Positions 17,414 through 24,010 of a stretch of DNA of 59,057 nucleotides are shown piece after piece (position 1 is the stretch's first letter; every line of letters begins with the position of its first letter). The stretch comes from an uncultured Candidatus Micrarchaeota archaeon (GTDB lineage Archaea; Micrarchaeota; Micrarchaeia; Anstonellales; Anstonellaceae). The notes under the pieces were generated by a model. It had not been told where the DNA came from. It ran no database searches and saw only the letters and a list, made by a program, of their open reading frames with translations. A program made the translations under genes and the position numbers. The stretch is from NCBI GenBank assembly GCA_903892905.1, contig CAITKI010000066.1:1-59057 (forward strand), given 5' to 3'.

Positions 17414-17506
17414 CGGGCCCAGTGGGATTCGAACCCACGACACGTGGATGGCTCTGCGCGTTCGCGCATAAGAGTCCACTGCTCTACCAAGCTGAGCTAT
17501 GGGCCC
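17414..17506 (-). tRNA. tRNA-Lys(CUU) with 19-nt canonical intron
   Basis: Minus strand reads GGGCCCA TA GCTC..GAGC A GTGGA CTCTTA[TGCGCGAACGCGCAGAGCC]A TCCAC GTGTC GTGGG TTCGAAT CCCAC TGGGCCC G. The intron at 37/38 folds as bulge-helix-bulge: CUCU/AGAG central 4-bp helix, GCGC-GAAC-GCGC outer helix. Confidence 0.9.
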
Positions 17507-17570
17507 CCAATCGAGGCTTTAAGGATGGAAGGATATAAAAGTTCTTTGCCCATGTTTGGCTGATGGTTTG

Positions 17571-18575
17571 ATGGCGGAAGAAGGCATGTTGGAGCTTGAA
17601 AGCGAGCTGATGCGGCTTAACGCACCAGTGCACAGGCGGCTGAAGGAGATATTTGGCGAGAAAACCGAGCCCGCGGCAGTCTATGGGCTCCTTTCCGAAT
17701 TCCTGCTTGTGGAAGGCAAGGGCATACGCCCTGCGCTCTGCCTGCTTTCCTGCGAAGCTGTTGGCGGCAGGACTGAAGATGCATTGGAGGCCGCGACAGC
17801 GATTGAGATGTTCCACAACTTCACGCTCATCCATGATGATATTGAGGATGGCTCGCAGATGCGGCGCGGCAAGCCTTGCATGCACATCAAGTACGGCGTG
17901 CCGCTTGCGCTCAATGCCGGCGATGGATTGTTTATGATGGTGTGGCGCGAGACATTGGCAATGCAGGGACAGAGGAAGGAGGAGGCGCAGGGGCTCCTTC
18001 TCCGTGCTTTCACAGATGTATTGGAAGGCCAGGCGCTTGAGCTTGGCTGGTATAATGACAATGCCTGGGACATAACCGAAAAGGAATATTTGAGGATGGT
18101 TGGCGGCAAGACCGGCGCGCTCATTGCAGCCTCGTGCGGCGTCGGGGCGCTTCTTGGCGGTGCGGATGCGAAAACGTGCAGGGCAATGTCTCGTTTTGGC
18201 ACGGGCATTGGCATGAGCTTCCAGATAATTGACGATGTTCTCAATATTGTGGGCGACGAGAACAAATACAAGAAAGAGATTGGTGGTGATATTAGGGAGG
18301 GAAAGCGCACCCTCATTACCATGTGGGCGCTTAAGATGCTTTCCGGCGCGGCGCGCGCGCGGCTGGGCATGCTCCTTAGGAAAAAGAGCAAGAGCAAAAA
18401 AGATGTGGGCGAGGCGCTGGCGCTCCTCAATGAGTCGGGAGCACCGAAAAAGGCCATGGAATATGCAGTGAAGATGGTGGATTCGTCCCTGTCCGAGCTC
18501 GAGTGCCTGCCTGAGAGCCGCGCACGGCGCACCCTTGCCAAGCTTGCGGCGTACATCACAAGGCGGGAAAGGTAA
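17571..18575 (+). CDS. idsA: geranylgeranyl diphosphate synthase (short-chain trans-prenyltransferase)
   Basis: First and second Asp-rich motifs LIHDDIED and FQIIDDVLN. ATG at 17571. Confidence 0.9.
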   Translation: MAEEGMLELESELMRLNAPVHRRLKEIFGEKTEPAAVYGLLSEFLLVEGKGIRPALCLLSCEAVGGRTEDALEAATAIEMFHNFTLIHDDIEDGSQMRRGKPCMHIKYGVPLALNAGDGLFMMVWRETLAMQGQRKEEAQGLLLRAFTDVLEGQALELGWYNDNAWDITEKEYLRMVGGKTGALIAASCGVGALLGGADAKTCRAMSRFGTGIGMSFQIIDDVLNIVGDENKYKKEIGGDIREGKRTLITMWALKMLSGAARARLGMLLRKKSKSKKDVGEALALLNESGAPKKAMEYAVKMVDSSLSELECLPESRARRTLAKLAAYITRRER

Positions 18576-18666
18576 GCGTGCCGTGCATCTTGCTGAAGGC
18601 AAGTGTGGGGAAGATTTTTAAATTGGAACCGAGAAGAAATGGCAGGGCAGACCCAAGGTGATAGTT

Positions 18667-18927
18667 ATGACGACAAAAGTTTCGAAGATATACGGCATGG
18701 ACATTTACACAGATGGTGGCAAGTTCCTCGGCCGCGTCCAGGAGATTCTCCTCGATTTGGAGAAAGGGGAGGTCATCCGCTTGACCATGGAGCCCCTCAA
18801 CTCTGTTTCAAAGGAGGAGGCAAAGAGGATACTGCGCGACAAGTCCGTGCTTTACAAGTCAGTGAAGTCGGTTGAGGATGTGGTGGTGGTGACAAAGGGC
18901 GCCACCTCAAATGCGGGCCTTGAGTAA
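18667..18927 (+). CDS. PRC-barrel domain protein
   Basis: IYGMDIYTDGGKFLGRVQEILLDLEKGEVIRL is typical of small archaeal PRC-barrel proteins. Confidence 0.7.
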   Translation: MTTKVSKIYGMDIYTDGGKFLGRVQEILLDLEKGEVIRLTMEPLNSVSKEEAKRILRDKSVLYKSVKSVEDVVVVTKGATSNAGLE

Positions 18928-18960
18928 TTTTTGTTTTTCCTTCTGCTTTTTTCTCTTTCC
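18928..18960 (+). terminator. oligo-T terminator tract
   Basis: tttttgtttttccttctgcttttttctctttcc immediately follows the stop at 18927. Confidence 0.5.
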
Positions 18961-19253
18961 AACCCTTAGCAGCGGCACTGATTTTTCGTGCCCCACACCT
19001 ACCCCTGGAGTTCCGGTAATAGGGGGGAGTGATTTTGTGTTTGTATCCGATGATTTTTGTTGTTTGTGATGTTTATAGTTGTTTATTGTAACCATAGTTA
19101 CATATATATACAATCAAAAATATCTTTTATTATTATAGGAAGTATGGGGGTCTGGTGGAGGGGGTGGGGTGGTTGAGGGATTGAACAAAACGCGGCAAAA
19201 ACCACAAAAAAAAAACAAACCAAAATAAAGAAAAATAAAACAAAAAAGAAAAA

Positions 19254-19370
19254 TAGCGGGAAGTGGATTTGAACCACTGATCTCTGGGTTATGAGCCCAG
19301 CGGGCACTCCAAACTACCCTTAGGTTCGTTCTAAAACAAGCAACTATAGTTCTAAAACAATTATCCCGCT
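19254..19370 (-). tRNA. initiator tRNA-Met(CAU), apparently interrupted between positions 9 and 10 by about 42 nt
   Basis: Contiguous 3' part 19254-19319: GGGT..GCCC G CTGGG CTCATAA CCCAG AGATC AGTGG TTCAAAT CCACT TCCCGCT A. It has three G:C pairs at the base of the anticodon stem and U72. The matching 5' acceptor AGCGGGA+TA is found only at 19362-19370. No BHB could be folded by eye. Confidence 0.55.
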
Positions 19371-20227
19371 AGTTTGGCGTCTATCAAGTGCCTTTCCAAC
19401 ATAATGAGGGTAAACACATTAATATCTATCTGTGCCAGCGCGCGGTATTCCTCCAACCTCCCAATCTCAGTTACGACGATCAATCTCGCGTTGGGGTGTT
19501 GTTTTTTTATAAACCCCCACTTTTTCCTCAATTCCCTTATTTTTTCTTCAGAATTACTCCAATAAGTGGCTTCTATGAACAAATTCAGGGCGCTGGGCAG
19601 CACAAAATCAACAGATAAAAAACCATTCCTATTATTTGCCGCCAGGATTTTTTCATAAACATACTCCAAACCCAATCTATCCAAAACCCTAGCCACCGAA
19701 ACTTCAAGCCTGTTATACATTTTTTCTCCATGAGGGCCAGTCAACTTCTTTCCCGTTCGCTTCAATCCCAACGTCGACCACACCCGTCTCGCGTCTGGGC
19801 TTGCCTTGTGGATGCCAACACATCTTGCATACGACGTTTTCCCGGCGGCTCTGCACTTATCCACCCATTCATCATAGAATTGCAAATCCTTCATGGATTC
19901 TCTAAGCTTCTCAATCCCACTTTTCGAGCCCCTCCTGGCCTTTGCAAGCCAGGCCACCCTAAACGCCTTCTCCTGCATTTTGGCGCCCAAACTCTCCTTC
20001 ACCCTCAAGCTCATTTTTCTCAAATATTCCAGGCGATAGCCCGGCTCAGCCAGTTTTCTTGCTACGGCTTTGCCTCCATTGGAATGAGCAATCTCCAAAT
20101 ACCGACGGCGCCCCAACATATTCACTAAATATTCCCGTATCATTGCTTTCTTGGCTGCATGCTCATTTGAAAGCTCCTTAAGGCTCGCCCCGCTGACAAA
20201 ACTTGCCAATATTCCTTGCCTGTCCAT
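19361..20227 (-). CDS. hypothetical protein with possible C-terminal PD-(D/E)XK (Vsr/DUF559-like) nuclease fold; low-GC gene
   Basis: C-terminal pattern LEVSVARVLDRLGLEYVYEKIL...GFLSVDFVLPSALNLFIEATYW. GC is visibly lower than in neighbouring genes. TATA tatttataa lies about 30 nt upstream. The last codons overlap the candidate 5' exon of the initiator tRNA. Confidence 0.5.
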   Translation of the reverse strand: MDRQGILASFVSGASLKELSNEHAAKKAMIREYLVNMLGRRRYLEIAHSNGGKAVARKLAEPGYRLEYLRKMSLRVKESLGAKMQEKAFRVAWLAKARRGSKSGIEKLRESMKDLQFYDEWVDKCRAAGKTSYARCVGIHKASPDARRVWSTLGLKRTGKKLTGPHGEKMYNRLEVSVARVLDRLGLEYVYEKILAANNRNGFLSVDFVLPSALNLFIEATYWSNSEEKIRELRKKWGFIKKQHPNARLIVVTEIGRLEEYRALAQIDINVFTLIMLERHLIDAKLAG

Positions 20228-20292
20228 AAAACAAGAGCAGAATCCTTACTTATAAATACTTCTTGGGTGGCATTCCGGTGGCAATAGGGGTG

Positions 20293-20997
20293 CTATGCGC
20301 CATCTGTGCGACTCCGCTTGGAATCAAAATATTCAAGGCAGCTTCCACAACTGCCGCACCTGAAGCGCGCGTCCACTGCCTCTGAAAAGTCGATTGTTTT
20401 CTGCTGGCTGCAGCATGCGCATCTGTAGCCTTCCTTGCCTGTTGCCTGGGTGGCCTCTGCTGCCACGACCGCGCCGCCAACACCCTTCAACCTTCCCTCA
20501 TCCATCTTCCAAATATAGGAGTACCAACCACTGTCCTTATCCCTCACGCGCGTGTAAGCGAAAACGCCGCGGTTGTGCAGCCTGTTGAGCACCACACGGA
20601 CCTCGCTTGGCTTTATGCCGGTTTTTTTCGCAAGCTCGTCATCGCTCATGTCCCTGTCAAACTCGCGGATGACATCTATGGTGTTCTCGCCGCCCATTTC
20701 AATGAGCCTCTGGCGCGCGGCAGCGTCTGCAAGCACAGCCGCCCTTGCGGCTTTTGAATAGGTGCTCCTCTTCACCACAATATCTGCATTTGAGGTTTTC
20801 CTCGCAGGGTAAACTTTCTTTGTTTTTGAGTAGGGCGCCCTCCCAAAAAACCGCGAGGGTTGTATTTTTGCGCCGGCCTGCGCATTTGCAACTTTTGGGG
20901 CCGCAATGGAAAGTCTTATGTTGTGTTTTTTGGAAATTTTACGAGAAGCAGAACTAGCTTTTTTTCCGATTTTGAATTTACTTTTCGGATTAGCCAT
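20293..20997 (-). CDS. tfe: transcription factor E (TFE alpha) with about 85-aa Lys-rich N-terminal extension
   Basis: Winged helix DDELAKKTGIKPSEVRVVLNRLHNRGVFAY; zinc ribbon YRCACC...RFRCGSCGSCLEY. An alternative start (ATG at 20697) would remove the basic extension. Confidence 0.8.
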   Translation of the reverse strand: MANPKSKFKIGKKASSASRKISKKHNIRLSIAAPKVANAQAGAKIQPSRFFGRAPYSKTKKVYPARKTSNADIVVKRSTYSKAARAAVLADAAARQRLIEMGGENTIDVIREFDRDMSDDELAKKTGIKPSEVRVVLNRLHNRGVFAYTRVRDKDSGWYSYIWKMDEGRLKGVGGAVVAAEATQATGKEGYRCACCSQQKTIDFSEAVDARFRCGSCGSCLEYFDSKRSRTDGA

Positions 20998-21040
20998 CCA
21001 AAATCACATTGTTTTTCTGACACATCCCTTATATATCCTT

Positions 21041-21577
21041 TCAGTCGCTTTCGCCATGGAGTACTACTTTACCACACGCATTTGGCACTATTTGCAGCTT
21101 GCCAGAAAACTTCTTGCCAAGCTCCTTGCCTGAAAAACACCTATCCAAAAAAAGCGCAAGCGCAGCGACCTCGGAATGCGGCTGCGTCGTGACCGACAAA
21201 TTTGCATCAGCAAGCTCGTACGCCTCGCGCGGCACTTTCCCTGCCCCGATGATGACAATGCACTTCCCATTCCCCTTCCCAAGCTTTTTTGCCGCGGGCT
21301 CGAAGTCCTCGCCGTACATTGTGAGATGCGCCACTTTCCACCCATCCTTCTTCCTCTCCCTCACAAATTTCCGCCAATTTGCCTCGTACCTTACCTTGAA
21401 AGGCCCGCCCCAGACTTCGGACACGCGCGCAATCCCCTTCACCACAGACTCATCCAGGTCGCCTGAAAGAACGCCTTCTGTTGCACCAAGCGCGCGCGCC
21501 ACCAGGAAAACATGGGTGGTAATCCTCTGGTCGCGCAGGGTGCGGTGCCCCAGCCTCAAAACGCAAATTTCTGCCAT
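21041..21577 (-). CDS. trm56: tRNA (cytidine56-2'-O)-methyltransferase
   Basis: Hallmark N-terminus VLRLGHRTLRDQRITTHVFLVARALGA in a SPOUT-sized protein (178 aa). Confidence 0.85.
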   Translation of the reverse strand: MAEICVLRLGHRTLRDQRITTHVFLVARALGATEGVLSGDLDESVVKGIARVSEVWGGPFKVRYEANWRKFVRERKKDGWKVAHLTMYGEDFEPAAKKLGKGNGKCIVIIGAGKVPREAYELADANLSVTTQPHSEVAALALFLDRCFSGKELGKKFSGKLQIVPNACGKVVLHGESD

Positions 21578-21626
21578 GCAGCATTTCTTTGCCCAGCTTC
21601 ATTTTAAGAAGATCGGTTCGCACGCT

Positions 21627-22247
21627 TCAAACTGGCGGCATGCATTTCACAATCCAATCCCTGCCAATCTGCTTTTTTGTTATTTGCTGGCCCTCAATGT
21701 AGGTAATGTACTCAAAGCCAAGTGACTTGTAGTCAAGCGTGCCTGGCGATGCGCTGGAGTTCTGGCAGATTGAGGATGCACCGCCAATATAAGGACCTGT
21801 TGACGTGCCTGTTATTGCGACAATATGCCAACCGCAAGCAGTGCCAAACAGGCTGGACGATGCAAAATACTTCTCTTCTCCTGGTCCAAGGTAAAAGTAA
21901 TCGCTGATGCTTTTGGTGCCCGCTGCCCCTGCGCAACTAGCGCCATAAAACTGTATTATGCTTGTGCCATCTCCGCCTACTATCTTTGTTATCCTTATTG
22001 GCTGCACGCCGTTGTTCCTAAGTCTCAAATAAAGATATGTGTCTCCACTTACAGAATACGCTCTCGCCCCACTCTCAACAATCGAAATGGGCGTTGCGCT
22101 TTGCCAATACATCTGCGACTGTGTTATCTGCGAATCCGACGCCATCCCCGGGAAAAAGCCGAGCAAAGCAACACTTACGAGCGCTACGATTAGGACAACG
22201 GCGAGTAGAACAAGATACTCCGTAGCCCCCTGCGCGCGTAGTTGCAT
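21627..22247 (-). CDS. class III signal peptide pilin-like protein, paralog 1 of a 3-member family
   Basis: MQLRAQGATEYLVLLAVVLIVALVSVALLGFFPG. The N-terminal about 55 aa and C-terminal about 50 aa (ICQNS.ASPGTLDYKSLGFEYI.Y..GQQITKKQ.G.DWIVKCMPP) are shared with 31100-31948 and 33830-34678. ATG confirmed at 22247. Confidence 0.8.
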   Translation of the reverse strand: MQLRAQGATEYLVLLAVVLIVALVSVALLGFFPGMASDSQITQSQMYWQSATPISIVESGARAYSVSGDTYLYLRLRNNGVQPIRITKIVGGDGTSIIQFYGASCAGAAGTKSISDYFYLGPGEEKYFASSSLFGTACGWHIVAITGTSTGPYIGGASSICQNSSASPGTLDYKSLGFEYITYIEGQQITKKQIGRDWIVKCMPPV

Positions 22248-22256
22248 GCCTATTGC

Positions 22257-22280
22257 GGGGGGGGGGGCGGAACTTTTATA
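22257..22280 (-). promoter_or_regulatory. pilin promoter: TATA (tataaaag on minus strand, 22273-22280) and 11-nt homopolymer (G11 on plus strand, 22257-22267)
   Basis: Minus strand reads tataaaagttccg-C11-gcaataggcATG. The TATA is 26 nt from the ATG. The same promoter is found at 34679-34708 with C9. Confidence 0.6.
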
Positions 22281-22290
22281 CATATCGTCT

Positions 22291-23561
22291 TTACATGTCA
22301 ATTTCACTCAGCAAGGGAAGTCAAATCCACTGGCATCCTACTTCCGAAACCTTCATAAGCAAAATAATTGATAATAAAACTATGAAAATGAGAACGTATC
22401 GTTTCAGAATATATCCTTCAAAAGCGCAGGAGAAGCAGATGTGCCAACACCTCTGGCTAGCAAAGAATCTGTGGAATGACCTCCTCGAACATAGCAAAGA
22501 GCTGTACAGAAACTTTGATAAGTTTCCAACAAGAAACTCATTGCAATTGATGGTCAAGGACACCGGCATGTTCTCACAAACATCCCAAGAGATAGCCCAT
22601 CGTGTTGAAAATGGCATCTGGAGATATATGAAGCTTAGGAAAGCCGGAAATAAAAAAGCGGGCTTTCCGCGCTTTAGATCCGCTGATAGAATGAAAAGCC
22701 TCAACTATCCGCAATTTGGTTTCTTCCTTGAAAAGAAACTCAAGGTAAATCCATTTGGAGAAATTCCTATTGTGCGGCACAGAGAGGTAAACGGCAAAAT
22801 AAAGACGCTGACACTCAAAAGAGAGGCATCTGGAAAGTGGTTTGCTTGTTTTGCAGTTGAAGAACCCCCTGCCATCAGGCTGGCGAACGGTGGCTCGAGG
22901 ATAGGTATTGACCTTGGATTGAGGGTATTGGCAACCCTTTCCAACGGTTCAAAGATAAACAATCCCAGGCATATTAGAAAGCACCAGGAGAAAATCGCCT
23001 TCCTACAGAGACTAAGTAATAGGAAAAAGAAAGGAGGAAAAAACAGAGTAAGGGCTAAGCAGAAAGTTGCCGTTGAGTTTGAGAAGCTTAAGAACGTAAG
23101 AAGGGACTTTCTGCACAAGCTATCAAAAAATCTAGTCGATTCATATTCTTTCATTGCCCTGGAAGACCTGGCATCGCAGGAGCTTGCCGAGCAGAACTTC
23201 GGCAAGCAGATATATGATGCTGGTTGGGGCGAATTGGCGGACATGCTGCGCTACAAGGCTGAAAGCGCTGGTTGCGAGATCATGTTTGTCAATCCAAAGG
23301 ATACGACAAAAACATGCTGCATTTGTGGAAATATGGCGGATATGCCACTGGCAGTTCGGATATATGACTGCCACAACTGCGGCAATCATATGGATAGGGA
23401 TTTAAACGCAGCATATAACATACTCAAAAGAGCTACTGCCGGATCGGCAGAAAGTAACGCTTGTGGAGATGTCTCAAAAAAGACGTCTGTGAAACAGGAA
23501 GCCATAGCCTCGCCATCGGGCAGGTTAGGGCAGTTCACAACCTTACAGCCACTATCCTAAC
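22291..23561 (+). mobile_element. IS200/IS605-family tnpB-only (IS1341-like) element; ends not defined
   Basis: tnpB ORF without tnpA; lower GC than flanks. The left limit is bounded by the pilin promoter shared with paralog 3 (ends about 22288). The right limit is bounded by the PIN gene ATG at 23562. Subterminal inverted repeat ggaagt..acttcc at about 22316-22345. Confidence 0.55.
22382..23560 (+). CDS. tnpB: RNA-guided endonuclease TnpB (OrfB_IS605)
   Basis: N-terminus MKMRTYRFRIYPSKAQEKQM; RuvC motifs IGIDLGL, IALEDL, MDRDLNAAYNI; zinc finger CCICGN...CHNCGN; C-terminal tail NACGD..SVKQEA typical of the region that overlaps the omega-RNA. Confidence 0.9.
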   Translation: MKMRTYRFRIYPSKAQEKQMCQHLWLAKNLWNDLLEHSKELYRNFDKFPTRNSLQLMVKDTGMFSQTSQEIAHRVENGIWRYMKLRKAGNKKAGFPRFRSADRMKSLNYPQFGFFLEKKLKVNPFGEIPIVRHREVNGKIKTLTLKREASGKWFACFAVEEPPAIRLANGGSRIGIDLGLRVLATLSNGSKINNPRHIRKHQEKIAFLQRLSNRKKKGGKNRVRAKQKVAVEFEKLKNVRRDFLHKLSKNLVDSYSFIALEDLASQELAEQNFGKQIYDAGWGELADMLRYKAESAGCEIMFVNPKDTTKTCCICGNMADMPLAVRIYDCHNCGNHMDRDLNAAYNILKRATAGSAESNACGDVSKKTSVKQEAIASPSGRLGQFTTLQPLS

Positions 23562-23960
23562 ATGCAAAAAATCATCATCGACACCAACATGCTCCTCTCG
23601 CAATTCGAGTACGCCTACGACATGCCTGGCGAGCTTCGCAGAATCGCCTCCGAGCCCTTCACGCTCATCATCCCATCCACGGTGATGGCCGAGCTTGAGA
23701 TGTTCGCAGGCAAGACGGGCAAGAAAGCGGCTGCCGCGCGTTTTGCCCTGCAAAACCTTCCAAAGATCAAAACACTCTTTCCAGTTGAGGTGGCAGACGA
23801 GCCGGGCTTCCCCGCGCGCGCCGACGATTGGATTTTTAAATACGCGCAGAAAAACCATTCCTGCGTTGCCACCAACGACGTTGGGCTTCGCAGGCGGCTG
23901 CTGGCATTGGGAGTGCCGGTGATTGCCGTGAAAGGGAAATCAAAGCTGGACTATGTCTAG
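23562..23960 (+). CDS. PIN-domain endonuclease, Fcf1/Utp24-like
   Basis: IIIDTNML, IIPSTVMAELE, DDWIFKYA, CVATNDVGLRRRLLALGVPVIAV match the archaeal Fcf1-type PIN layout. Confidence 0.75.
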   Translation: MQKIIIDTNMLLSQFEYAYDMPGELRRIASEPFTLIIPSTVMAELEMFAGKTGKKAAAARFALQNLPKIKTLFPVEVADEPGFPARADDWIFKYAQKNHSCVATNDVGLRRRLLALGVPVIAVKGKSKLDYV

Positions 23961-24010
23961 CAACCCAGTTGCGTTTGAATTTCTGAAAAATCTGAGGTGA
24001 TAATTTGGTG

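Noticed and set aside
18960-19250. The AT-rich spacer as a replication origin.
   Set aside because: There is no orc1/cdc6 gene nearby, and I could find no repeated ORB-like dyads. The outer tracts are adequately explained as terminators of convergent genes. It is kept only as a low-interest finding.
23562-23960. The PIN gene as a VapC toxin or cargo of the tnpB element.
   Set aside because: The motif layout (IIDTN, ATND..LRRRL, GVPVI) matches the conserved archaeal Fcf1/Utp24-type rRNA-processing PIN. There is no adjacent antitoxin, and its GC content resembles the host genes.
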